In this document: in pieces, positions 11,361-22,572 of the stretch
Layout of the letters: the number at the start of each line of letters is the position of its first letter
Position numbering within the stretch: the first letter of the stretch is position 1
DNA from: Hydrolagus affinis
Lineage: Eukaryota
Assembly (NCBI GenBank): GCA_012026655.1
Contig: JAAILG010001364.1
Coordinates: forward strand, 1-64,000
Direction of reading: 5' to 3'
DNA length: 64,000 nt
The notes under the pieces: model-generated
Database searches by the model: none
What the model was told of the DNA's origin: nothing
Seen by the model: only the letters and a program-made list of their open reading frames with translations
Program-made: the position numbers and the translations under genes

Positions 11361-11632
11361 GCATACTAAGTGCAAGCATTATTGTCTGGCCACCTCATTT
11401 GGTTTATGGTACAGGTGATCTGTTTTCAGGTCACCAACTTGTCACAGTAACACAAAGTCACAAGATTGATTTAGACAAAGAAAACCCTTTAACTCATCTG
11501 ATCCCATCCCTTTCAGAATCATTCACCCCATCATCCTTACATCACAGCATCAAGCTGCTATTTAAATGAGACCAGTGTTCTGGCTAGTTAACTAACATTG
11601 TGAATGACAAATTACTGAGAGGTCACATCAAT

Positions 11633-11937
11633 GTGGATTCCTGTAGCTCAGTGGTTAGAGCACTCGCCTTACAAGCAAGAGACTTGGGTTCAGCTCCAGG
11701 CAGAGCAAAACCTTGGACAGGTCTCCTTACTCGACACGCTTGATAATAATCTCTCAAGAAAAAAAGGAAATTGGTCATTTTAATCCAGCACTGTTTGTGG
11801 GACACTTCTGTGCCCAATTGGCTGCCATATTTCATCCATAAATATATGGTCAATATACTACCGCATATTCTGTGAAGTGCTTTGAGACGTTTAGAAGATG
11901 TGAAAAGCGCCATATCAAATGCAAGGATTATTATTAT
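11633..11937 (+). mobile_element. Young SINE, full length
   Basis: gtggattcctgtagctcagtggttagagc head through gcaaggattattattat tail. Confidence 0.95.
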
Positions 11938-12040
11938 CAGCATCCCAGCTCCCTTAAGGCCTTTGTAGGTAAAAAGATCAATTATAACTAGAAGGTTGGT
12001 AGGTTAATTTCTGGTCAACGCTGAGTTGGTTTAACCTCAG

Positions 12041-12148
12041 TAATAATAATAATAATCTTTGCATTTTTAAAATATAGCATGTCTTTGTGATGTCTCGAAG
12101 CATTTCACAGAATACACTAAGTGAACTGGCCATGTATTTTGTGGGCGG
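12041..12148 (-). mobile_element. SINE 3' tail, inserted into an ancient SINE
   Basis: (taa)n...tctcgaagcatttcacagaata; flanks gctgagttggtttaacctcag and aatcagctgaggttcttgtgcctgat match the ancient family. Confidence 0.75.
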
Positions 12149-13909
12149 AGTACCATTGGTCGAGAGAAAGGACTAATCAGCTGAGGTTCTTGTGCCTGAT
12201 TAAATAGTACCTAAGTTATGCTTTAACTCGCAACAGATTCTTATTAGACAATGTGACATTTTTCCAGCTTTCTGGTGTCAGGAAAAGACAGCTGAATGGA
12301 GTTGAGGTTTATTTTCGGTCGCTCTAGGGGAGCTGGGTCTTATTGCTCCCACGTATATCGAGCTGCCACAATCCTGTGTGCAGAATGTTACAGCTCAGTG
12401 CAGCCTCTTTGGTTGCAAACTTTGCCTGCTCTTGAGAGAAGTCAACTGTAGGCAGATTTTAAATAATATCACACTTGGATGCTTTGTGTACATATTGGTT
12501 AAACTATTGATGTAAAATTTATTTAGCAATTTATTAAACATTGCTTTGTTCCTATAAATATGTATTTTAGGGGATAACAGTTTACACCACAAGGACTGAT
12601 GTAGACTACCTTTCCTGTGTACAGCCCAGCTATAGACCCATTTTTGTCTTGAGACCCATTTCATAGCTGTGTGGCAGTGTAGGCTTATAATAGATCACGG
12701 TGACCTAGATTCTCCACTTGATGTTAGAAGTACAAAAATATTATTAATTCAGATCACTTTTGGGGATCTTCATAAAGCCCAGACAAGCCCCACTACAATG
12801 GATTACAGGGGTAGCCCTTGCCTCAAATGGTGTTTGATATTCCCCAAAAAGTTACTCTTACTTTTTGGGAGAAGCGAAGAAGCTAGACAACCTTTTGTGT
12901 TCACCCAACCTTTCTTTTTAAAGAGGTACTGCTCCCAAATCCTTCCTCAAGTCCTTTTTTTTGTTATTTATTTTCCATATAACTATGCAGGGTTTCAGCT
13001 CGTATTGATTTCCATTCTGTCTGCACTTGATTAATGTTTCGGGAAGGAGTCAGGTGCATTAGTGCAGAGCTGAATAGAAATATTGCTGTGTTTCCAGTGA
13101 AGATAAAAAGCTGTGTCATTTTATCAGTACTGAAAATGTTCAGCATACACACTATCCTTAAAGAATAATTACCAGCATATTAGATGCCAGAACACTCAAT
13201 GCATTTTATAAACCCATTATTACATGCTATCAGAACTGATACGGAGTAATACGCCAATGTACATTGCAATCAGTTCCAGCTATGTGGAAATTAATTGCCA
13301 CTCGATTATACCACAGGCTGAAAGTATGTTGTCCTGAAAACTGAAAATAATATTGAAATGAGCTGAGCCAACTAATTATATCACTCTTCAATTTATTTCT
13401 CCTTTTTGTCTGTCCAATTAATGCTATTGCAATTTGTCTGCTTCCTGATGTCAGACTGCAATTTTATTAAACTCAAACACTGGTAAAAGTACAATCATTA
13501 GTCTGATTGTAGACAAATATTGAAAGTATAAATTACAACTTCTTCTCCAGGGCTGAGACTGGTATGCTGCACCTGCAGTCATTTCTCATCTTGCTGTAAC
13601 AAAGGTGTTCACAAAAATAAAATTGAAAGAAGTGATTTTGTGTGACAGGCAACATAACATACAAATAATGTAAAAGTTTCTCATTGGAATAATTATTTTG
13701 GAAGCTAGGCTTGAAATGCTGTAATAACTGCAATACCACATTAGCAAAGCACATTCACCAAACCATGGAACGAGCAGATAGGGAATGATGCTTGTGTTCA
13801 ACAAGGCATGGATTATGTTTTGTGATCCAAATCCAAACTTGAATTGGGATTCAAAGGTTCAACTTGGGGATCTCTAAATCCCAATTGGAGATTTGGATTG
13901 CTTACATGC

Positions 13910-14126
13910 AATAATAATAATAATTTGTGCATTTGTTATAGTGCCTTATCATGTTTGTCGAGACATCTCAAAGCGTTTGACAGAATATATAGTGAAGTAA
14001 ATTGACTGTGTATTTTGTGGGGCAACGCAGCAGCCAATTGCGCATAACTGTGCCCCAAAAACTGTTGTAGATTGAGTGACTAAACTATTATTATTATTTT
14101 TTAATTTACTTTTTGAAGGGATTATT
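13910..14126 (-). mobile_element. SINE, 5'-truncated
   Basis: (taa)n tail, gcagccaattgcgca core, gggattatt. Confidence 0.88.
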
Positions 14127-14164
14127 CAAACCCAAAGCTAGGGAAAGCTTTGGATCTGAAAGAA

Positions 14165-14237
14165 TGACTGTTAGCACCTTGGGACATCCTCCTGACGTGA
14201 AAGGCACTATACAAGTGTAATTTTGTTATTGTTGTTG
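14165..14237 (+). mobile_element. L2 3' tail
   Basis: gcaccttgggacatcctcctgacgtgaaaggcactatacaagtgtaattttg followed by (ttg)n. Confidence 0.85.
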
Positions 14238-14391
14238 TATCTGTCGCAGAGGATGTCAGTCTAAAACTGACCTAAACCATATTAATTGAGCTAAAAACAA
14301 TCATGAATTTAAAGTGTGCCATTTTGGACCAGTTCTGATTCAGAGACGATTTTACAACTTATCTCAACTGAGCAAACAGCCTATTGTTCCT

Positions 14392-14572
14392 AAACAGAAA
14401 TTGCTGGGGAAACTCAGCAGATCAGGCAGCATCCATGGAGAAAGGAAAGCAAACATGGACCCAAAATGTTGACTCGCTTTCCTTTCTCCATGGATGCTGC
14501 CTGACCTGTTGAGTTTCCCCAGTAACTTCTGTTTTTGTTTCAGATTCCCAGCAACTGTAGTATTTTGTGTTT
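14392..14572. mobile_element. Penelope-like inverted pLTR insertion (hairpin) with 14-bp TSD
   Basis: 59-nt arms 14392-14450 and 14476-14534 (55/59 complementary), unpaired 3' extension, TSD agcctatt(g/a)ttcct at 14378-14391 and 14573-14586; family name from recall of shark repeats. Confidence 0.75.
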
Positions 14573-16239
14573 AGCCTATTATTCCTTTTCGCTTTGTATA
14601 AGAATCAGTGCCATATACATATGTGTACGACCTGACAATAGCCCACGTCTGCACAACTGTAGAACAGTATCTGTTTGATGAACACTAAATTATTTATTTT
14701 TACACTAACAACATGGATTGCTAGAGTACAGAGAGCACGTAACAGTACTTTCTTTTAGAATTGGTGTAAATAACTGGGATAAAGGAGAGTTTTCATCCCG
14801 GAATTGGGGCATTAAGAAAACAAAGTGAAAGTAAAGCATGTTTATAATGGTCTTTTGGGGGATTGGTTATTAACTGTGCCCATTTTTGCACCCCGGTCAA
14901 TCAACGAAATGAGGACTTCAGGCAAAATTGTTGCATTTCCCTTTAAAACCTGACCGGAGATGAAAAGTATTTGAGCCATTGTTACTATTATTCTGGTGAA
15001 GCTTCCCACTGTAAACAGAAACATTTTTGGTATGTGAAATTGTACCTTATGATGACACTATTATCAGTCTCGGTCAGCGAAGTGATGGATTTTGCTCAGG
15101 AATTAATGAAATATTCCATGGTTGATATATAGGATATTTTACCCGTGACATTACATTAGACATTATCTGAAAGACACATTATTCATAAGCACTGCAGGTA
15201 GCAATAGTGTTTTCTATTTATTCCATGGATTAGAGGAGCTTTGCTTTTAAAATGGCCAGAATAACATTGTGTGAGGAGAAGCATTTGCCCTCTGGTTGCA
15301 GGGTATAATTCTACAATTCAAGTCCTAATGCTGTGGTTGAAATACAAATAAGTACACTTATATTAGGGAATCTATTTCAATGCAGGCAATTGCATCTTTT
15401 ATTTCTACTAACAATCTACATATACTTGGGCCTTGAAATTGCAAAAATATAGCTGATCTTAACCTTAAAATGCCTTATTTTAAATACCTCGTTAAGTCAT
15501 ACAGCATAAATGATGTAGATGTATGTTGGTGAAATTATGCACATTATACAAAGTGTTTCATCAAAGAAAAAAAATGTATAACCAACAAATATAGACATGA
15601 CCATTGCTAAGCTACCTGTCTATCCTGCTCTCTTCCTCCTCCTGTGTTTGCTTATTTTGCAGGTGGATAAATGGTGAAGAGACGATCAGTTGAAAATAAA
15701 TTCTCTATCAGAGAAACTTTTTGATGGCAGCTTGATGTTGACCCCCCATCTAGAAGGGTTGCTATCTCTCTATACAAACATTCTAAACATAAGTCCATTC
15801 TCTGAACTATACTTTGGTAACAATGAAATGGTGATAATTACTGGAAAAGCAAGTAAAACATAAACAGTTGTAATAAGCTTGTCACTGTTGACAGCTGCTG
15901 CTAACTACAGTATTACAATTTAGTAAACTGTAAATAAAATCAATTTTTTCCTCCTGAACTTGGCAAAGTCTATTGGTATACAGAAAGATTGTCTAGATGA
16001 GGGTGGCCTCTTCAATTCTGGAGACTAATCTAAACATAGAATATATGTGGCTGGATTTTCAGTCAAATTGAATGCATCATAGGAACCTGTCGACTCCCAT
16101 GTCTGTGCTAGGAGTGCAAGATCTATTGTAAATCCACATCCTCTTGCTGTTTGAATTAAAGAGGTCCCTACAGATTACAACCGTGGGCTTCACGTGCCAG
16201 AAATCTTGCCTGTGAAATATTATTCTTTGACTTTACCGT

Positions 16240-16334
16240 CTCAATTCACTTTACAATATATTCTGTGAAGCGCTTTGAGACGTCGAATAAGATATGAAAA
16301 GCGCTATATCAAACGCAAGGATTATTATTATTAT
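16240..16334 (+). mobile_element. Young SINE 3' tail
   Basis: tcaattcactttacaatatattctgtgaagcgctttgagacgtc...(tta)n. Confidence 0.9.
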
Positions 16335-16551
16335 CATCTCTGAAACTGTTTTATCGTATGCAGCATCTAGATTTTGCTCAAACCTTTCTGAGCACATTTT
16401 ACACTATGAAATATTTGACTAGTGCATAGTTAACTGGGCACAATTTCTCCAAGACCACCTGTGCTCTCAGCAGCAACTTGTGACAAAACATCTGGGTTAT
16501 CAAGGTGTCTGATTGCACTTCATTGGTGTGCATGCACACAATTGATAGTTT

Positions 16552-16615
16552 ACAACAACAACAAGAACTTGCATTGTATGTAGCGCATTTCACGCAGGGT
16601 AGCATTCCAGAGCAC
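16552..16615 (-). mobile_element. L2 tail stub
   Basis: (caa)n-gaacttgcattgtatgtagcgcatttcacg. Confidence 0.6.
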
Positions 16616-16641
16616 TAAAGAGAAAGCTCCATCCTTTATCA

Positions 16642-16930
16642 TGAGACCTGTGTTCGAATCCAGGCAGATCAGGGCGAAACCTTGGGCAAGTTTCCTTATT
16701 CCACATACCTAATAATAATCTGTCCAAAAATAAACTCAATAATAAAAATTAATCATTCCAATCCACGACTGTTGTGAGACACTGCTGTGCGCAACTGGCT
16801 GCTGCGGATCACCCACAAATATACAGTATATTCACCCACACTTTATGGTATATTCTGTGAAGTGCTTTGAGATATTGATAAGATATGAAAAGCGCGATAT
16901 CAAATGCAAGAATTATTATTATTATTATTA
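16642..16930 (+). mobile_element. Young SINE lacking A box
   Basis: Starts tgagacctgtgttcgaatcc and ends in (tta)n. Confidence 0.93.
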
Positions 16931-17895
16931 TCTTAGTTGTGCTACCCTGATTCCAAAGAAATGGGGAATAAAACATTTTCAACCTCCCTCTCCAATTTAA
17001 AAACAATGACGCTATGAAGATGTTTAAAATGTGCTGTCTTGTTTCAGATAGTTTCAAACTGACCCTCTCCCCTTCATAACAACAGAAAATATAAACATCC
17101 AAGGAGATAGATGATAAAAGCAGGGCTATAAATTGTGTATGGATATTATGGTCAATAGAGACCATAAATGATGATTTGTGGTCCTTTGCAAACTGTACAA
17201 CAAATAGCCACAAAGCTTTTAAAATGTATTAATGTTATTTAATGTCTATAAGAACAGAATCATATATATACAATATATACTGTACTGTATATTTAAATTA
17301 CCCGGGGAAACCTAGTGGTCATGAATTCATGACATTTCCCTGTCAGTTTAGGGACTGAGTACATGTCTGCAGCATCCAGTTTTCTCTGGTCGTTCCAGGC
17401 ACTATCAGTGTGTTACATTTCATTTCCCTAGCTCTCTGAGTGGCTCTCTGTCTGTAGTATTTGATTTCTCCAATGGTTTAGGAGACTATTTGTCTACAAT
17501 GTTTGATTTCTCTGACAATGCCAGCTGACTGACCCCTTATTACACCTACAAGTTTTTTTTTAATATATAGAACTTAAATAATTTGAATATCCTTGTTTAA
17601 TTCCAAACTCTCAGTTCTTCAAAACAGTCAGACATAATATTCTGCATCATACATCGATGTTTAAAATCCCCAAAGACCCTCCTTGTGTTTCAGTCAATTA
17701 TAATAATAAGGAATACTGTTTGTATTCTGTACAAGCAATGTGCTCTGGCAGTCTGTCTATGGTTAATGTAGACTGGGAGCACATTCCCCTTCTCCACTTC
17801 AGTATCCTATGTTTCATCCTCCAGAATTCCCTCCCTCAAGCACTTTAACTCAGATCCCTGTCTCTTTTTATGTCCCACCTCAAATCCTACCTCTT

Positions 17896-18200
17896 CAACA
17901 ACAAAACAATTGCATTTGTATAGCGCCTTTCAAATTGGGAGGACGTCCCAAGGCACTGGACAGGCAATATTCTGGACTCAAGCTGGGGTAGGAATTGGGG
18001 ATTGGGATAGAGGATAGTGGGGGGAAGGAGGTTGATTGAGAGCATGGTCAAAAAGGAGGACCTTGAGGATGGATTTTAAAGGAGACGAGGGATTGGCCGA
18101 TGCGAAGATATAACGAGGTATAGATGATGGAGGTCCAGAGGGTGGGGCAGAATGGCTGAAAGTCCACCTGTCAGTGATGGGGCAGATGAGGCGGGCCTTC
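17896..18200 (-). mobile_element. L2 3' fragment
   Basis: (caa)n tail, tatagcgcctttc...ggacgtcccaaggc; ORF ...SPLKSILKVLLFDHA. Confidence 0.88.
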
Positions 18201-18218
18201 AGCCATTCTATGCCCCTA

Positions 18219-18539
18219 TAATAATAATATTCCTTGCATTTCATATTGTGCTTTATCATGTCTTCAAGACGTCTCAAAGCGCTTCACAGAGTATACCATA
18301 AAGTGTATTGGCTGTATATTTGTGGATGAAACGTAGCAGCCAATTGTGCACACCAGTGCACCACAAACAGTCGTGGATTGAAATGACCAATTTTATTATT
18401 ATTTTATTGATAGATTATTACCAGGAGTGTGTGTGAAGTAAGGAAACTTGCCCATGTTTTCGCCCTGACCTGCTAGGAATCAAACCCAGGTCTCTCGCTT
18501 GCAAAGCGAGTGCCCCAACCCCTGAGCTACAGGACTTCA
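18219..18539 (-). mobile_element. Young SINE, full length
   Basis: Tail through ctgagctacaggac head. Confidence 0.95.
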
Positions 18540-18561
18540 TGATTATTAATATTGCATTTGA

Positions 18562-18692
18562 TGTCATCACCCCCATCCTGAAAAAACTTTCCCTGGACAC
18601 ATCCCTATTCTCCAGCAACCGCCCCATCTCCAATCTTCCATTCTTCTCTCTATAGCTATACCCAGCCCCCACTCCTTTGCTTGCATCCAACT
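18562..18692 (+). mobile_element. L2 reverse-transcriptase fragment
   Basis: VITPILKKLSLDTSLFSSNRPISNLPFFS corresponds to the ITPILKK...NYRPISNLPF motif at the start of the RT domain. Confidence 0.85.
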
Positions 18693-18939
18693 CTGTCTCT
18701 GAAAAGCATCCAAGACTTAATCCACAATAAAGGTCATTGAATAAAATATGAGTTATTGTTGTTGAAATCAGGCCTAAACATGAACATCAGAATTGTATTG
18801 TACGGTTAACTGTGTTCACACTGTACTTGTATGAGTAAATATTGCTATTGTATTTTTCTTCTTTGTCTTTGATTGCCTTTGTGCTAGTTGACATTAATGT
18901 CATAAATACCTCTGCAAACAGTGTTGTGTTTGTCCTTCA

Positions 18940-19083
18940 CGGCTGGTTTCAAGACCCTCCCTTTCGATCATGCCTTCTGCCACCCTTCCACCTCTCTCCC
19001 TCCCCTTTCCCCTGACTGTTCAGCGCCTTGGGACGTCCTCCCGATGTGAAAGGGGTCTATAAATGTAATTTTGTTGTTGTTGT
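18940..19083 (+). mobile_element. L2 3' end
   Basis: ttcaagaccctccctttcgatcatgcctt...cagcgccttgggacgtcctcccgatgtgaaagg...(ttg)n. Confidence 0.88.
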
Positions 19084-19546
19084 GAAATAATGAGGGGTGT
19101 ATCATGTAGTACCGTAATTCTTTCACAAATGACGCTTCATTCTCTTAACCAAGAGTACAGCATTCCAAAGTTCACACACCAATGTTCATATTGTATTCTG
19201 ACGAAATCCACTTGCGGAGCGAATAACCAAGAGTTTGACACAACGTCAACCCTTAATGCTGATTTTGGAGTACAATTCCATAATGTTCCCTCTTCCATCC
19301 TACTTGAGCGTAGGTTCTTTATTGTGAGCCTAGAGAACAAGTGTCAGAAGTTCTATTCAGTTGCCAAAGAATCCAAGTCCACCTTATTAAATTTCATAAT
19401 TTAATACATACACATGTAAATTTTTGGGCACAGGTCATTGAATTAACAATCAGGTGCAGGCACCTTGGCTGATTTTTAAAATCTCTAGCCCAGGGAAATT
19501 GAGTCTAAAGATAGCATTCCTACTGCTGCTTCAGCTGAGATCTTCT

Positions 19547-19900
19547 GTGGATTCCAGTAGCTTAGTGGTTAGAGCACTCGACTTGCAAGTGAGAGACCTG
19601 GGTTTGATTCCCAGGCAGGGCGATACATTGGGTTGGTTTCTTAACTCCACACTACTCTGTCAACCTAGCAGTAAGTAGGAGTCCAGTTGTTAGTTGATTG
19701 GTGGATCGCTTTTCTGGGGGTAATAATGCCTTCCAAAAATAAAATAAAGTAATAAGAATAATTTGGTCACTGAATCCATGCAATCCAGCTGTGCACAATT
19801 GAATGCTGCATTTCCCCACAAAATATATAGTCAATTTACTTTACAGTATATTCTATGTACTTTGAGACATCTAGAAGATGCGATAAAGTATTAAATCAAA
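19547..19900 (+). mobile_element. Older SINE variant with extra internal segment
   Basis: Same head and tail as the young family plus about 65 nt (actctgtcaacctagcagtaagtagg...ttctggggg) that young copies lack. Confidence 0.85.
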
Positions 19901-19920
19901 ACAATTTCTTTTGGAATCAA

Positions 19921-20155
19921 GATAATAATGCGAATCACCTCACGTCATCATAATGTCTCAAAGCGTTTCACAGGATTCACTGCAGTGTCTTGACTGTTTG
20001 TGGGTGAACGCGGCAGTCAATTTGAAAACAGCAATGTCCACAAACAACCACAAAGTGATTGATTAATTTTTAAACTAGGGAATTGTTGACTCCAACACTA
20101 GGAGAAATTCCCTTCTCTTTTACAACAGTGTCATGGGATCTTTGTCCACTCGCTG
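19921..20155 (-). mobile_element. Deu-domain SINE 3' half
   Basis: cacaaacaaccac...aacactaggagaaattcccttctctttt...gtgtcatgggatcttt is the reverse complement of the Deu domain. Confidence 0.8.
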
Positions 20156-20520
20156 ATTGGAATCAAGATACTGTGCATCAGTGAGACATTTTAATAAGCT
20201 CTGTGAAGTTTTCATCAGTTTATTGTATAAAACATACACCGGACTGTGCCATATTGTGAAGGCTATTGTTTCCTTCAGCAGCCACCCTCAGCCATTTTAC
20301 CACAATTGCTTTGTTTGGGGAATTTTGCTATTTACTAAGAGAAATACTGACTGTGGGAGAGCACATGAAAATAATTTAATTATAGATAATAAATAACAAG
20401 TTATGTATCCACTTGTTGATTCAAATTTGTTCCATTGTATTTTAAACCTTTTCAATAAAGTCAGTATTTAGCAGGTGGTATAAGACTAAAATCAATGAAT
20501 ATTGGAATAATATAATAAAT

Positions 20521-20845
20521 AATAATAATAATATTATTAATCCTGGCATTTGATGTAGCGCTTTTCACGTCTTCTAGATGTCTCAAAGTGCTTCACAGAA
20601 TATCCTGTAAAGTGAATTGACTGTATATTTGTAGGCGAAACGCAGCAGCCAATTGCACACAGCAGTGTCCCACAAACACTCGTGGATTGAAATGACCAAT
20701 TTATTCTAGTTTTTTTTGGACGGATTATTATCAGGGTGTGGAGTAAGGAAATTTGCCCAAGGTTTCGCCCTGACCTGTCTGGATTCGAAACACAGGTCTC
20801 ACACTTGTAAGGCGAGTGCTCTAACCACTGAGCTACAGGACTCCA
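20521..20845 (-). mobile_element. Young SINE, full length
   Basis: Intact A and B boxes, complete tail. Confidence 0.96.
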
Positions 20846-22256
20846 AATACAGCTGCCAACACACACAACCCTGATGCCAAGTGATCACTTGCATTTCCCA
20901 GAGATGTTTGAGATAGGACTCACAAATCAGTATCAAACCTTCACTCGGTACATCAAACAAGAAGTATAATAAAGACTATATGGTTGTAGGGGTTTGCCTA
21001 CAAAGCAGTCACTATATTTAAAATATATCTTGTAGAGTTTTGTACAGCTTTGAAACAATCTCCTGATATGAAACTCTCCATTGCCAAATGTAAGTATTAT
21101 TTTTGTTATCATAGAAATGCAAGTACAGTTGAGATACCTGTTTACAAGAATCTAAAAGGTATTAAACAATAAAACAGATTCCCAGAGTCCTCCAATGAAT
21201 GAAGTTGTGCTTGATATAGTCAGGAAAAAAGTTTGTTTTCAACACGTGACAGGATAATACACTGAAAAATACCGAAAAAAGAATTGAGGGCTTTATTCAA
21301 TTCTATTATGAAATCTCATATTCTTCACTATAGGCTAATAATAGGTGAATTCAGATTTGGTAAACATTTTCTATATAGGCTGGCCAGAAGCTTTTCAAAT
21401 TCTTTGAGGGATTACAGAATTCACAAGCTTGCATGCATTACAAAACATGCCACTCTAACAAAAGGTTATCAGCTTAATTTTAATTATGACTAGCACTATG
21501 GTTCCTACTGTTGTACCAAACACTATTCAATTCTCTGATTTTAACATAAGGTTCTTCAGCCATTAAACTGTTATAATTCCATAAAGAGATTATAATAATT
21601 AACAACAAAAATATTCATTCAACGCTCCTCTATTTAATGTCAGCTAACAACAGATTGCAAACATAATTGCTGTGAGACACAATGGTAGCAGGGACAGGCT
21701 TTATTTGAAATGATAGAAAAAAGAGGTTAGTGCTGGATCATACAGTAAAGCAGATCTAAAGAGGGAGAGTTAAACACAAAATGCAATTGAACACCATTTC
21801 AACGCTGGGGTGTTGTGAGCCAGGTTATTAGGAAGGTTTCTGGTACAGGTTCCCTGCGAGTTTTTGTTCTGAATAGGAGTGTGCGTCTTTAATGTAGCAC
21901 CTGCCCACAGTGCACACACCAGCTCCAACATGGAATTGATGGAAGTTTCATCGAGTGTGTGGCATTTCCCTGAGGAAGCAGCTTGTTAACTCCAGATGTT
22001 CCCTTTGGTAGCAGCTCACTAACTCACTAAAGCATCCCAGGGGATCCTGCTGTGTTCTTTCAGCTGGTTTTCTGTGAAACCAAATCTACAATATCAATTG
22101 TTTCAGGAACATATTCTAAAGCCAAGCATGTTGTGGTCAAAATGATCTATGGTTCAAGGACTTTGAAAGTCACAGCAACCTATATCTTTTTATGCTAAAA
22201 AAAAATGGAAAATGTCAATTAACAATGCAAACAAAGAATTTCTGACAAACACAAAC

Positions 22257-22572
22257 GTGGAGTCCTATATTTCAGTGGTTAGAGCACTTGCCATTACAAG
22301 CGTGAGACCTGTGTTCAAATCCAGGCAGGTGAGGGCGAAACCTTGGGTAAGTTTCACATGCCTAATAATAATCCCTCTAAAGAAACACAATAATAAAATT
22401 GGTCATTTTAATCCACGACTGTTTGTGGGACACTACTGTGCGCAATTAGCTGCCGCGTTTTGCACACAAATATACAGTCAATTCACTTTACAGTATATTC
22501 TGTGAAGTGCTTTGAGACGTCAAGAAGACGTGACGAAGCGCTACATCAAATTCAAGGATTATTATTTATTAT
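22257..22572 (+). mobile_element. Young SINE, full length
   Basis: gtggagtcct head through (tta)n tail. Confidence 0.95.

Noticed and set aside
11633-11705. tRNA gene (Val/Ala-like) at SINE heads
   Set aside because: A and B boxes and an anticodon arm are present, but each copy continues into the SINE body and lacks a clean acceptor stem and terminator
15283-15302. CTCF-like motifs (also near 23256-23272)
   Set aside because: Both deviate at core positions; expected by chance without ChIP or conservation data
15630-15700. Strong-looking splice acceptor (pyrimidine tract plus ttgcag)
   Set aside because: All three frames stop within about 10 codons and no convincing donor follows; cannot support an exon
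16048-16211. Possible Harbinger-type MITE (ggctggattttc ... gaaatcttgcc)
   Set aside because: TIR match too short and imperfect, and no TSD
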